A stretch of DNA of 64,000 bases, from positions 2,304,001 through 2,368,000 of the forward strand of contig CAXXKJ010000002.1 of assembly GCA_963675295.2 (NCBI GenBank), written 5' to 3'. Source of the DNA: a bacterium (GTDB taxonomy: Bacteria > Electryoneota > Electryoneia > Electryoneales > Electryoneaceae). A program made the translations under genes and the position numbers. Of this stretch, positions 1-11,900 are shown in pieces (within the stretch, counting starts at the first letter, position 1; each line of letters opens with the position of its first letter). Below the pieces are notes generated by a model. The model had not been told where the DNA came from. It worked only from the letters and a program-made list of their open reading frames with translations, and ran no database searches.

Positions 1-62
1 ACGGCCTGTTGCGCGATCCGGTCTTCGGGCAGATGGTAGAGGTAGTCGCTGCGTTTATCCAT
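1..62 (-). CDS. queA: S-adenosylmethionine:tRNA ribosyltransferase-isomerase, N-terminal fragment (runs off window)
   Basis: Manual translation from CAT at 60-62 gives MDKRSDYLYHLPEDRIAQQA, matching the QueA start motif (SDfdYxLPeelIAQ); ruvB-queA is a common gene order. Confidence 0.75.
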   Translation of the reverse strand, partial: MDKRSDYLYHLPEDRIAQQA

Positions 63-72
63 GTGAGGGATG

Positions 73-100
73 GTCTCTAGTCTCTCGTCTCAGGTCTCTC
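73..100. repeat. 7-bp periodic tandem repeat (GTCTCNN x4)
   Basis: gtctcta gtctctc gtctcag gtctctc. Confidence 0.6.
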
Positions 101-255
101 GGCGCGTCTGTGATCCGTTGTGCGACGTCAGCGATGAACGGAACTGCGGCGTCCCTACAGGACGCAACGAAGAGAGGTGGGTGGCCTCTTTCGTTGGATG
201 GCCTCTCTCGTGTGGCTGAAGCCACACGCTAACCACGTCCCGCCGCTACGCGGCG

Positions 256-323
256 TTAAACAAGCAAGCCGACATGCGGCTGCACGGCCTTAAACAGGCA
301 AGCCGACTTGCGGCTGCACGGCG
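256..323. repeat. Tandem 34-bp direct repeat, each copy a hairpin (REP-like)
   Basis: ttaaacaagcaagccgacatgcggctgcacggcc followed by ttaaacaggcaagccgacttgcggctgcacggcg; internal AGCCG...CGGCT stem. Confidence 0.8.
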
Positions 324-344
324 TTGCGGAACACCCAGTCCTGG

Positions 345-1373
345 TTAGAACAACCGGGCCTGGGGGTTGAACTCATTGGGATTGCGTCCGACGAGCTCGA
401 AGGCGGCGGCTGTGGCGACACGGCCGCGCTGGGTGCGTTCGAGAAAGCCCTGTTGAATCAGGAACGGCTCGTACAGTTCCTCGATGGTGCCGGAGTCCTC
501 GCCGATGCTGACGGCAAGGGTGCCCAAACCGACCGGCCCGCCGCGGTACTTGAGGATGATCGCCTCAAGGATGCGTTTGTCCATGTCGTCGAGGCCGTGC
601 TCGTCGATTTCGAGGCGTTCGAGCGAACTGTGGGCGATCTCGGCGGTCAGTTTGCCGGAGCCCTCGACTTCAGCGAAGTCACGGAGACGCCGGAGCAGGC
701 GGTTGGCGACGCGGGGTGTGCCCCGGCTGCGCAGGGCGACCTGGACGGCGGCGTCGGTGTCCATGTCCACATCGAGTTTTGACGCGTTGCGTGTGATGAT
801 GGTCTGGATCTCGTCGCGGGAATAATAGTCCAGCCGTCCGGTGATGCCGAAACGATTGCGTAGCGGCGCGCTGAGCAGGCCGGCGCGTGTGGTCGCGGCG
901 ATCAGGGTGAACGGCGGCAGGTTAAGCTGAACGCTGCGTGCGGCCGGGCCGCGGTCGATGAGGATATCGAGCCGGAAATCCTCCATCGCCGGGTAGAGGT
1001 ACTCCTCGACGACTTTGTTGAGCCGGTGAATCTCGTCGATGAACAGGACTTCGCCCTCGTCCAGCTTGGTCAGCAGGCCGGCGAGGTCGGCGGGTTTCTC
1101 GAGAACGGGTCCGCTGGTGATGTGTAGCCGGACGCCCATTTCCTGTGCGATAATGCCGGCGAGGGTGGTCTTGCCGAGCCCGGGGGGACCGTAGAAGAGG
1201 CAGTGGTCGAGCGCCTGTTCACGTTGCCTGGCAGCGGCGACGAACACCTCGAGGTTCGCTTTCAGCTTGTCCTGTCCGACATAATCCTCGAAGCGGAGCG
1301 GTCGCAGGGACCGGTCGAGCTCCTGTTCGCCGGGCAGCGGGGTACCGCTGGTTATGCGTTCTTGTTCATCCAT
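345..1373 (-). CDS. ruvB: Holliday junction branch migration helicase RuvB
   Basis: [12 protein letters not shown], Walker [39 protein letters not shown]; start placed at MDEQER (ATG 1373). Confidence 0.98.
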   Translation of the reverse strand: MDEQERITSGTPLPGEQELDRSLRPLRFEDYVGQDKLKANLEVFVAAARQREQALDHCLFYGPPGLGKTTLAGIIAQEMGVRLHITSGPVLEKPADLAGLLTKLDEGEVLFIDEIHRLNKVVEEYLYPAMEDFRLDILIDRGPAARSVQLNLPPFTLIAATTRAGLLSAPLRNRFGITGRLDYYSRDEIQTIITRNASKLDVDMDTDAAVQVALRSRGTPRVANRLLRRLRDFAEVEGSGKLTAEIAHSSLERLEIDEHGLDDMDKRILEAIILKYRGGPVGLGTLAVSIGEDSGTIEELYEPFLIQQGFLERTQRGRVATAAAFELVGRNPNEFNPQARLF

Positions 1374-1571
1374 GAGATTCGGCTGATGGTATGGGTTTGG
1401 CCGGGCTGTTGCCGGATCGTGCAACTTATTCCGCGACAAGGTAGGGCGCAAGCAGGGTGGGGGTGGAGCTTCTCCGGCATCGTTCCGAGCACGGGCTCCT
1501 GTTTGGCGCGGGTGTGTCGAACACGTAGATTACAACGTTTTTGCACCCACACGAAGATCAGGAACCCGTTC

Positions 1572-2417
1572 ATGCGCCGCAGCAGGCCCCTCGCCCGTCC
1601 GACACGTCTGTCCAGCCCGGACCTCGCCGGTCCGCCAACTCCGTCCGATTACTGGCGTCGCGAGGATGATGCCCGTCTCGACAATGTCGCGGTGGTGCTC
1701 GTCGAACCGGCTCGTCCGGAGAATGTCGGTGCGGCGGCGCGTGCGATGAAAACGATGGGACTGCGGCGGTTGATCGTGGTTGGCTCAGACGCGTGGCGCA
1801 GTGGCAAAGCTCGCGCGTTGGCGGTGGGTGCTGGCGAGCTGCTGGAGGCGGTGGAGGAATACGCGACTCTCGCCGAAGCGGTGGAACACATGCGTGCCGT
1901 CGCGATTACAACAGCCAGACGCCGCAGGCGGACACGTCCGGTACATCCGGTCGAGGCCGTCGCACCGCACCTGCTGTCGATTGCGAAGAGCGGTCCGGTG
2001 GCGATTGTCTTTGGCCGGGAAGAGTGGGGCTTGCGCAATGAAGAGCTGTTGCTCGGGGATTTCTGGACGACGATTCCGATGGCGACGGCGTATCCGTCGC
2101 TGAACCTTGCGCAGTCGATCATGCTGGTGTGTCACGAGATTGCGAAAGCGTCGACTGGACCGTTGCCCGACTATCCGTGGGAACCGGCTCCGAAGGGGGA
2201 ACGGCAGCGGGTGCTCGAACATGCGGCGGAGACGATGCTGAAGGCCGGGTTGCAGCCGCGTCCGGACATTGAAGGCTACCAGATGGTGCTCGGGCGGGTG
2301 TTGGACCGCGCGTTGCTGGAGGACCGGGACGTGCAGGTGCTGCACGGACTCTTCCACCAAATGGACATTTACATGCACCGGTACAAGTTGCAGAACAAAG
2401 AAAGCTCGCATGCGTAA
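1572..2417 (+). CDS. SpoU/TrmJ-family tRNA/rRNA 2'-O-methyltransferase
   Basis: VVLVEPARPENVGAAARAMKTMGL, AIVFGREEWGLRNEEL and YPSLNLAQS SPOUT motifs; start uncertain. Confidence 0.88.
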   Translation: MRRSRPLARPTRLSSPDLAGPPTPSDYWRREDDARLDNVAVVLVEPARPENVGAAARAMKTMGLRRLIVVGSDAWRSGKARALAVGAGELLEAVEEYATLAEAVEHMRAVAITTARRRRRTRPVHPVEAVAPHLLSIAKSGPVAIVFGREEWGLRNEELLLGDFWTTIPMATAYPSLNLAQSIMLVCHEIAKASTGPLPDYPWEPAPKGERQRVLEHAAETMLKAGLQPRPDIEGYQMVLGRVLDRALLEDRDVQVLHGLFHQMDIYMHRYKLQNKESSHA

Positions 2418-3795
2418 ACACACCGGGACAACGCACGGCAGTTCAAACGAGGCGATCGACCGTTCGCACCGGATCAGCCGGTTCGGCATGGGGAGGTTGC
2501 TGCGGGTTGTTTTGTTGTTTGCCGTTGCCGTGTTGATTGTTCCCTCCGTGTTTGCGACCACGATTGCGGTTGCTCCGCTGAAAACCAGCTCGATGTTCGA
2601 CAAGTTTGACGATGCGGATTACGTCGAATTCCGGTCGCAGCTTCACGACGCTCTGGCTGATGATGACGATGTGGATCTGCTGAGTCTGGCAGCGGTTGAT
2701 TCGTTCGCCGCGTCGAAGGGTGTGACCTCCAGCGAGGGATGTTTCACGCTTGAGTGCATGCTTGAACTGGGCGAGGCGCTGGGAACAGACCTGGTGGTAG
2801 CGGTTGCGTTGAACGGGGAATTGCGTTCCTCGTTGATCCAGTATGAAGTGCGAGTGCTGGATGTGGCGCAGGGCCGAGTGGTTGAACGGGAGTTCGGTAG
2901 CGGGTCGGAAGCGTACGAGATGCCGGAGCGGGAGGTCAAAGAGGTTCTTCGCGACCTGGTGTCGCGTCATGTGAATCCCAAGGCGTTTTTGACGGTGAAA
3001 ACGATCCCGGCGGAATCGGCGGTGCTGTTGAACAACAATCCGGTCGGGTTCGCACCGTTGACGATCGAGCGTCCGAGCGGGTTGACGGATACGGTGACGG
3101 CGGTCCGGCACGGGTATGTGAGCGAGACGGACTATATCAAGCTCGATCCCGGCGAGGAACGTACGTTGACGTTGGAATTATCGCAGCAGACACCGGTTAC
3201 GATTCGTGAGTTTCCGGAGATCCACCTGTATGTGATCGGTGGACAGCCTTTGGACCAGGCGTCCTCGAACCTCGATTCGCGGATCTCGTGGGGGACCGGT
3301 AGCAGTTTCGGGTTCCGGGTCGATGCCGGATCGATCTGGCGCATCGGACTGGGTTTCTTCCTGTACGACGGCGAGTTGGACGATACCGATGCGGAGTTGT
3401 TCGGGAACGCCAACATACAGACCAACCCGGATGCGGTCGCAACGGCGGTCCATTCCAACCTGTTCTACTATCCCGGCAGCGACTTGTTTTCACCGTACTT
3501 CGGCATTGGTGTCGCCGCGTTGCAGCGGAACATCACGCTAACCGGCGTCAATGGACTCGAGGAAGAGCGCAGCACCGACTTCGAAGCAGCGTGGATGTTT
3601 ATGGTCGGGATGGAGGCGAAGGTGTACGGCCCGGCTCGGTTCCAGATCGAACTGATGCACGCGCGTACGTTGATTGAGAGCGACGCGTGGTCGTTAGCCG
3701 AGGATTCGCCGGAGTATCGCGCGGTGTGGGAGCGTTCGTTCGACGATTTCCGTTCCATGACTGTTCTTCGTGCCGGATTCGGTTTCACCTTCTGA
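2410..3795 (+). CDS. Exported PEGA-domain protein with C-terminal outer-membrane beta-barrel
   Basis: Signal-like LLRVVLLFAVAVLIVPSVFA; PEGA-like LTVKTIPAESAVLLNNNPVGFAPL...HGY; FSPYFGIGV strand; ends RAGFGFTF (terminal Phe). Start 2410 or 2488. Confidence 0.7.
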   Translation: MRKHTGTTHGSSNEAIDRSHRISRFGMGRLLRVVLLFAVAVLIVPSVFATTIAVAPLKTSSMFDKFDDADYVEFRSQLHDALADDDDVDLLSLAAVDSFAASKGVTSSEGCFTLECMLELGEALGTDLVVAVALNGELRSSLIQYEVRVLDVAQGRVVEREFGSGSEAYEMPEREVKEVLRDLVSRHVNPKAFLTVKTIPAESAVLLNNNPVGFAPLTIERPSGLTDTVTAVRHGYVSETDYIKLDPGEERTLTLELSQQTPVTIREFPEIHLYVIGGQPLDQASSNLDSRISWGTGSSFGFRVDAGSIWRIGLGFFLYDGELDDTDAELFGNANIQTNPDAVATAVHSNLFYYPGSDLFSPYFGIGVAALQRNITLTGVNGLEEERSTDFEAAWMFMVGMEAKVYGPARFQIELMHARTLIESDAWSLAEDSPEYRAVWERSFDDFRSMTVLRAGFGFTF

Positions 3796-4157
3796 TGCGT
3801 CGTCCTCACTCATGAACACCTTCCGTCACCTGATTGTCCGCTTGATGAGACCAGCACCGGTCCGTGCGCTACTGGCGACTCTTTTCTCCGGGATTGCGTT
3901 GGTGCAGATTGTGGCGGTGAAGCGGTTGAGGTGATTGTATATCAGCACGCGAGGTGCTTACATGAGTCCGTCACAATCCTGCAAACGGAGCGTGGATTGC
4001 TTCCATACAAGTATGCAGAGGCGGACAGTGCCGGGCACCAGCTGTGGAAGATGCTGACCTCACAACCAGCTGTGGAGTACCTGTTTCGCGAGGAACCGGC
4101 AGATATCTCCGTCGATTTGGAGTGAGGAACGGTCCAGGAACCACTTGCGAATGCAGG

Positions 4158-4186
4158 TTGCTCAGTGACGGGGTGGACGGTATATT
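4158..4186 (+). promoter_or_regulatory. Putative sigma70 promoter for the NYN gene
   Basis: TTGCTC-N17-TATATT, ending 73 nt before ATG 4260. Confidence 0.5.
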
Positions 4187-4259
4187 CGGAGCTGGTTGTA
4201 CAACGTTAACATTCAACAGGTAAAACCATTGCATCCCGAGGGATGCCACAGGAATACGG

Positions 4260-5744
4260 ATGACCAGAGATCAAGAAAACCTGATTGCACTATTCATCGA
4301 TTACGATAACATCGCCATCGGTTTGAAGGAATCCGGCGGAAAACCTTTCGAGGTCCGCCGTGTGCTGGAGCGTCTGCTGGAAAAGGGGCGCATCATTTAC
4401 AAGCGGGCGTATGCGGACTGGTATTTGTTTTCCGATGCCAAGCAGCCACTGCATGAACACGCGATCGAGATGATTGATATCCCGATGCGCCGGAACATCG
4501 GCAAAAACAGCGCCGATATCCGGATGGTGGTTGACGCGCTCGACCTCTGCTACACCAAGGAGCACATCGACACGTTCGTGATCGGATCCGGCGACAGCGA
4601 CTTCACGCCGCTGGTTTCGAAGCTGAAGGAAAACGACAAGCGTGTCATCGGTTTTGGCCTCACCCAGTCGACCAGCAACCTGCTGGCGAACAATTGCGAC
4701 GAATTCATTTTCTACGAAGACCTGGTCAGCCTGGCGGTGAACCGTCCGCAGCTGCCGATGGGTCTGACGAAACGCCAGGCGGATGCGTTCAATTTGATTC
4801 TGGATGCCGTCGCCGCGTTGATGCGTGAGAACAAGGATGCCCTCTGGGGCAGTTTGATCAAGGATACGATTCGCCGCAAGCGGCCGTCGTTCACTGAGGG
4901 CCAGTATGGCTATTCCAGCTTCTCACAGCTGCTGGAAGATGCGGCAAAGCATCAGCTGATCGGTTTGATCAAGGACCCGAAGTCGGGTGGTACGCCGGTG
5001 GTGACGGGCTTCGGCCTCGCCAGTGACGCGGATGCGGCGGCGAAGCTGAGCTCCGGCGCACAGGCCGCCCCGGCGCCGATGAAAGCGCCGAGCCTGCAGG
5101 TGAAGCCGGACAGTACGCGTCTGTTGAGCACCGACAACGGCACGGAAGAGAAGAAGCCGACGCGGACACGCACCCGCCGCCGTCCATCGACACGCAAGAC
5201 CGCTGCGGAAAAAGCCGCCGAGAAGGCTGCGAAGGAAGCCGCGGAGACGGAAACCGCCGACAAGAAGGACAGCGCCAAAGCGGAGAAGAAGGACGACGCC
5301 AAGGACGAGAAGAAGGAAACGAAGGCGGAGCTCGTCAAGCTTGACAAGGTGGAAGCGGAAAAGAAACCCGCCCGCCGGACCACGCGCCGTCGCAGCACCG
5401 CCAAGCCGAAGACGGATGACACGAAAGCTGAGGCGAAGGCGGACGAGAAGAAGACGGATGACACGAAGGCGGAAGAGCCGAAAGTTGAGGATAAAGTAGC
5501 CGAGGCGAAGGCGGATGATAGCGGGGAGAAGAAAGCCCCGGCACGGAAGCCACGCCGCCGCAGCACCGCAAAGCCAGCGAAGGACACGAAGGCTGCCGCA
5601 GAGGCCTCCAGCTCCGAGAGCGGGTCTGAGGCGAAAAAAGAGACAAAAGTCGAACCTGCTCCCGTAAGCTCGGAACCTGAGCAGGACAAACCGATTCCGA
5701 AGGGCGAGCCGTTGCGTACACGCGTGCGTCGCAGGCGGCGGTAA
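4260..5744 (+). CDS. NYN (LabA/DUF88, PIN-fold) nuclease with OST-HTH/LOTUS domain and long charged disordered tail
   Basis: IALFIDYDN, GKNSADIRMVVD, GSGDSDFTPLV, CDEFIFYE; LOTUS-like KRPSFTEGQYGYSSFSQLLE; K/E/A/R-rich C-terminal half. Confidence 0.9.
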   Translation: MTRDQENLIALFIDYDNIAIGLKESGGKPFEVRRVLERLLEKGRIIYKRAYADWYLFSDAKQPLHEHAIEMIDIPMRRNIGKNSADIRMVVDALDLCYTKEHIDTFVIGSGDSDFTPLVSKLKENDKRVIGFGLTQSTSNLLANNCDEFIFYEDLVSLAVNRPQLPMGLTKRQADAFNLILDAVAALMRENKDALWGSLIKDTIRRKRPSFTEGQYGYSSFSQLLEDAAKHQLIGLIKDPKSGGTPVVTGFGLASDADAAAKLSSGAQAAPAPMKAPSLQVKPDSTRLLSTDNGTEEKKPTRTRTRRRPSTRKTAAEKAAEKAAKEAAETETADKKDSAKAEKKDDAKDEKKETKAELVKLDKVEAEKKPARRTTRRRSTAKPKTDDTKAEAKADEKKTDDTKAEEPKVEDKVAEAKADDSGEKKAPARKPRRRSTAKPAKDTKAAAEASSSESGSEAKKETKVEPAPVSSEPEQDKPIPKGEPLRTRVRRRRR

Positions 5745-5952
5745 GACCCCGAGAGCGGAACGTTCTCGCGTCTGTGTTGGTATCAGGGTTAATTTGATGC
5801 GTTGACACTCGCGAGTTATCTTATTGATGTCCGCTTGCCATCGCGGACATTCGTGTATCTGACAGAAGCATACCGTTGGAGGTAGTTCCTCGAAGCTTGT
5901 TCACGGTCCTGATCGTAGGTAGTGACACACGATGAGTTGAGGTAACGGCCTG

Positions 5953-8900
5953 GTGAGTCTGACCAGATGTCGCCGTGGGCAGCGTCGGGTGAACTCTGTA
6001 GTTTTCTCCGCCCTCGCGCTGTTCCTGTTGAGTTTGCTTCCCTTGAACGCGTCCGCGTTTAACCGTGCCGGGCTCTCTCCGAGCGTTCCAGGCTGGTTTG
6101 ATCCGGATGAGGATCTCCGTGCGCCCAAGCCGTACCAGGCGTTTGGCGTTGACAGCCTCGCTGGTTTCAACGTTGAGGGTATCCTGTTTCGCGTGGAAAC
6201 GGAACTGGATTCAGCGCGCGGGTATTACATCTCGACTCGTGAATTATTTGGCCGGGAGTATGGCCGTCCCATTGTCGAATCGCGAGAAACCTACCGTGAA
6301 GACCGTTTCAAACGGGACCGTGTCAAGTACTTGAAAGACGACTTCCTGGAACGGATCAAGCGTCCCTCGGCGAACGCCGGCGAGGATGCGATTGAGATCC
6401 AGGTTCCGTTCAAGATCCAGAACAAGACATTCCGCCGGATTTTCGGTGGTGACCGTGTCGGACTGCGGGTGTCCGGCAAGATCACCGTCGATGGCGGACT
6501 CCGCCGTGAAACCTCGGACCAGGTTGTAACGACTCAGACCGACCAGGCGAATTACAATTTCAAGATTGACCAGACGCAGCAGTTCCGGATCGTGGGTAAG
6601 GTGGGTGACAAGGTCTCGGTGGAAATTGACCAGGACTCGGAACGTGTGTTCGAATTCGAGAACAATGTCAAACTCGAATACACCGGCTATGAAGACGAGA
6701 TCATCCAGTCGATCGAGGCGGGTAACGTTTCGTTGACCCTTCCCGGGACGCAGCTGGCGACGCTGACTGCGAAAAACGAGGGCCTGTTTGGCTTCAAGAC
6801 GGTCTCGAAGGTGGGCGCGTTGTCGATCACGACGATCGCGTCGCTGCAGAACGGTGAAAAGAACAAGCTGAGCTACACCGGCGGCAGCGAGTCGCAGACG
6901 AAGCGTGTCAATGACGTTGATTACGTCACCAACCAGTACTTCTTCCTCGATCCGGTTTACCGGGAAACGTTCCCAACCTTTACGCTCGACTACGTCCGAC
7001 AGGCGCAGCAGGCTGAGATCTCAAACCTCGAAGTGTACCGCAGCGTGGTCGCCGGGGCGGGTGATGTCTCGACCTTGCTCGAGGGTATCGCGATTTACGA
7101 TGAATCGATCGCGAACAAGGTTCCGGATGTTTCCGGGTTGACAGTTCAAGAGCTGTCGGACTTCGTGGACAGCTTGAGCGCGGACACTGAACTTCAATCG
7201 GCTGACTGGGTGGAACGTGGCTTCTTCAAAAAACTGGAGGAAGGCACGGACTACGAGTACCACAAGGACTTCGGGTACATCCGGCTGCGGTATGCGGCCC
7301 AGGGGAACGAAGTCATCGGTGTGTCATATACGGTGAACGGGCAGCACGTCGGTGTGAACAACGTCAACTTCCCGGGCGGTAACAAGACCGTCCTGAAGTT
7401 GATCAAGCCGACCAGTCCGAAGCCGTCCAACCCGACGTGGAACCTGGAGTGGAAGCACGTCTACTGGGTCGGCACGACGAATCTTAAGGAAGGCGATTTC
7501 GATTTCCGCATTTTGCGGAACAATACCGAGCAGAGCCAGACCAACGCTCAGAACAAGAGCTGGCTGGAAGTGTTCGGCCTCGACGTGTTCAACAGCGATG
7601 GCGCGAAGACGCCGGACGGGATCATCGATGCGCAGTGGGTGCGGCTGGGTGATGGTGAAATCCACTTCCCGGATCTGCGTCCGTTCGACCCGGCGGGGTA
7701 TGTCGTGGGCTCGGACTCGGTGTTCATCGACCTGTCAGAGGAGCTGCGCAACCCCAATATCTACGATGTGTTGCCGAATTCCGGTGTCACGATTGAAAAG
7801 AAGTTCGTACTCGAATCAGAATACAGCAATACGTCCGCGAACATCAACCTGGGCATTAACGTCCTCGAGGGTTCGGAAGAGGTTTTCCTCAACGGGGCAC
7901 TGTTGAAGAAGGACCAGGACTACATCATCGACTACCTTTCTGGCCAGATCACGATCCTCAACGAAGCTGCATTCGACCCGAATGCGAACCTCGAGATCAA
8001 GTATGAATCCGGTGAGGTGTTCCAGCTCGATCAGCGAACGATGCTGGGTATTCGTCTCGAGTATGCTCTCTGGGAAGACTCGTTCATCGGCCTGACGCTG
8101 CTGAATTTCAACGAAAAACCGATTGAAAAGCGCGTCAAGGTTGGTAACGAACCGTTGCAGAACTTCATCTGGGACGCGAACACCCGGTTGCGTTTCCACC
8201 CGTATTTCATGACGCAGATGGTGAACGCGATCCCGTTGATCAGCACCGACGAACCGTCCGAGGTGGTGTTCGAGGGTGAAATCGCGCAGGTCTTCCCGAA
8301 CCCGAACAGCCTCAACAACGGCTCGACCGGCGACAACGACGGTGTTGCCTACATCGACGACTTCGAAGCGTCTCAACGTGCAACGCCGCTGGGCGTGCGC
8401 CGTAAGAACTGGTACGCCGCGTCGCACCCGGTCCGCCTGCCGTTCTGGAATCAGAAAATGACGGCCAACGACAACAACGATTTCCGGATGCGGTTGTACT
8501 GGTGGAATCCGTACAAGCAGATTCCGATTACGGACATCTGGCCGAACCGTGAAGTGAACAGCAACGTGCCGAACAACACGGACGTGCTGAGCATGCGGTT
8601 CGATCCGGAAGTGAACAATCTGCGCCGTGCTGACGTTGATCCCGAGGACACGTGGAACGGTGTGATGCGTTCATTGTCCGCTGGTTTCCACAACCAGTCG
8701 AACACCAAGTTCATCGAAGTGTGGATGCAGTGGAACGGGCAGGGCGGTCCAAACGCGGCGATCTACTTCGACATGGGGCAGATCAGCGAGGATGTGATTC
8801 CGAACGGCCAGCTGGACAGCGAAGACGAACCGCTGTATTCGGACTCGAATATCGGCAACAAAATCCTCGACGACGGCGAAGATATTGGAATCGACGGGAT

Positions 8901-11900
8901 TGATGACGATGACCCGCCATGGCGCAACGGATCCGAGACAAGCGGTGAGCCGTGGACTGTTGAAAATGAGAACTACGATTACGACAGCCCGCAGTATGAC
9001 TGGTGGGACATCAACGGTAACGGTGTTCACGACGCCGGCGACGGATCGCTGAGCAACCCACCTGAGCCGTTCTCGTCGGACGACTGGTCGTTCAGTGCGT
9101 CGTCGCCGAACGATGTTGACCAGATCAACGGGACGGAAAACAACCAGGACGACGAAGCGCGGTATCCGGATACGGAAGACCTCGACGGCGACCTGAACCT
9201 GAACCAGGCGAACAATTTCTTCCGCTACCAGTTCCGGTTGAACGATCCGGAGCATTTCACCAAGTACGTTCGTGGTGGGCAGAGCAATCCGAAGAAATGG
9301 TATCTGGTCCGCATCCCGATTGAAGATGTATTCGACGAGGTCAACGAGCCGGACCTGACGCAGATCGAGTTCTTCCGCGTGTGGGCGACGGGGTTGAGTA
9401 GCCCGGCATCAGTGCAGATCGCGCAGATCGAGCTGGTCGGGAATGAGTGGCTGGAAGATCCGATCGTCAATCCGGTGACCGGTGACACGACGGTGTATGT
9501 CACCGCGACGACGATCAACACGTACGACAACTCGGAAGATTACAATCCGCCGCCGGGCGTGGCTGGTGAAATCGACCCGATCACCGACATTCGCAGCAAG
9601 GAACAGTCACTGGTGATGTCACTGCGTGACATTCCGACCGCGGTCGAAGGTCAGCTTATCAAGTACCTGTATAACGAGCAGGATCTGCGTGAGTACCGGC
9701 TGCTGAAGATGTTTGTGAACGGTGGTGGGCGGAATCAGCAGGCCTTGGAAAACAAGGATCTGGAATTCTTCCTGCGTTTCGGTTCGGGTCTGGAGGGGTC
9801 GAATCTCGGGTATTACGAATACTCGCTGCCGCTGAAACCTGGATGGGACGAAAACAGCATCGAGATCAACCTCGACCGTCTCACCAGCTTGAAAAAGAAG
9901 GCGGAAGAGTCAGGCGAAGATTTTGCGTATGAAACGCTGGCGAACGGTCACACGATGAAGGTGATCGGCACGCCGTCGATTGGTTCGGTCAACCTGTACG
10001 CCGTCGGTGTGCGGAATAACGGCAGGCCGGTCTCATCGGATGAGGGCATCGAGGTCTGGGTGGACGAATTGCGCCTGTCGGGTGTTCGCAAGGAACGCGG
10101 CATGGCAATGCGCAGCTCGCTCGACATGAGTTTCGCTGACTTCTTCGATCTGCAGACGAACATCAAGCAGTCGGACGCCGAGTTCCACCAGGTGGACCAG
10201 CGTTCCGGCTCGGACCAGAGCTCGATTGACGCCTCTGTGAGTGGCTCGTTGCAACTGGACAAGTTCCTCGATCCGTCGCTGGGTGTACGTTTGCCGTTGC
10301 GCGGGTCTGTTTCCAGCAAGCTGGACATTCCGAAGTACACGTCGGGCAATGGGGATGTGCGCACCGAATCGCTGGTCGATCAGGGCGAGCTGAATGTGTG
10401 GAAACGCTATGGCGACATGGCGTTGAGCAAGGAACACTACAACGACAAATATCTGCGCGATGAAAGCGGCGGGGTGGTTGTCGATGAAACCACGGGTATT
10501 CCGTTGCAGGACCGGTCGGCCTGGGGCGTGGACACGTTGTTCACGACGTCGCAGAATTATTCCTGGAGTCTGAACTACTCGAAGTCCGGCCAGAGCAGTC
10601 ACTGGTTGCCGAAGTACACGATTGACAAGCTCAGTTCCAGCTACAGCCGGTCAGAGAAGTATTCCTCCAGCCTCAGCTACCAGTACCAGAAGACGTTTAC
10701 CAACAACGGGAGCGTGTCGTACTCGTTGCCGCTGGAACGGCAGGAGCTGAACGTTTTCGGGTGGACAGAACGGATTCCGGTGCTGGAGACGCTGGCGGAT
10801 TCCAAGTTGAATTACCTGCCGACACGGTTGAATGGTGGCGTTGATGCCTCGGAGACGATCAAGTCGCAGAAGTACCGGAACGCGTTGGAGCGGCCGTCGT
10901 ACACGTTGGGCATGACCCGTGACTGGGGGACGAGTTTCAGCCCGTTCCGCCCGTTGTCGTTTGACTACGATTATTCGATTCAGTCGCAGCATGTGCGGCA
11001 GGACAGCTCGCGGCAGCAGATTCTTTACGATGATCAGCCGGATTCGGTGCGTCAACGGGTATTTGATCCCGGGACGACGGACCTGACAATGGTCGAGGAA
11101 CTTATCTCGCAGTTGCAAGAGGTCACGTTTGGACAGGATGGCCAGGACATTGCCAACCAGGCGCAGACGAAACTGAACAATGGCGAACCTCCGGCGGATA
11201 TCCTCGAGTTCATTTACAGTGAAGCGAGGATCAGGTTACCGGGCGATCTGGCGTCGTATCTGAAGCAGCCGTGGGATCGGATACCGAGCGACGATCCGAG
11301 ATACAGCGAGACGTTCTGGAGTGCGCTGAACCTGCCGTTCGCTGATACGCAGAAGACGCAGAATGTGCGGTTCAACTATTCGCCGAGCATCGTCTCCTGG
11401 CTAACCACCAGCATGGACTACTCCAGCCGGTACACGTGGTCATGGTCCGGTTTCAAGTACACCGGGCGGTCGATCCAGACCAGCAACAATCTCGGCGGCA
11501 GTATGTCGTTCCGTTTGCGTCAGATCCTGCCCGCGGAACGTGGCGAGGGCAGTGTGCAGGACCAGCAGGAGCGGGATTTCGCGCGTCTGTTGGGCCGTGA
11601 GGAAGAGACGGAAGGCGAAGAGGGCGGCGAAGAAGGGGACGAGGAAGAACAGGGGCCGAGCGACGAAGAACGTTTGCGTGCGAACCAGCAGGCGATTCTG
11701 CGCGCGATCAACCCGGTCAACCTTGGTCTCGGATTCCTGCGGCGGCTGCAGGATATCCGGGTGAACTACAACCAGTCGACGTCGTTCAACACGCCGGGCG
11801 TTGAGGATGGCACTCCGAGCTGGGAGTATCGTCTCGGTTTCACCGGCGATTCCGGCTTGAACCAGGTGCCGAATATCTCATCAGTGACAACCGCGAACCG

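Noticed and set aside
3793-4125. Selenocysteine or stop readthrough of the PEGA gene (the frame stays open about 110 codons past TGA)
   Set aside because: The protein ends in a canonical beta-barrel terminal Phe, and no SECIS-like hairpin or redox motif is evident.
5802-5830. sigma70 promoter for sprA from a perfect TTGACA
   Set aside because: No acceptable -10 hexamer at 16-18 bp spacing.
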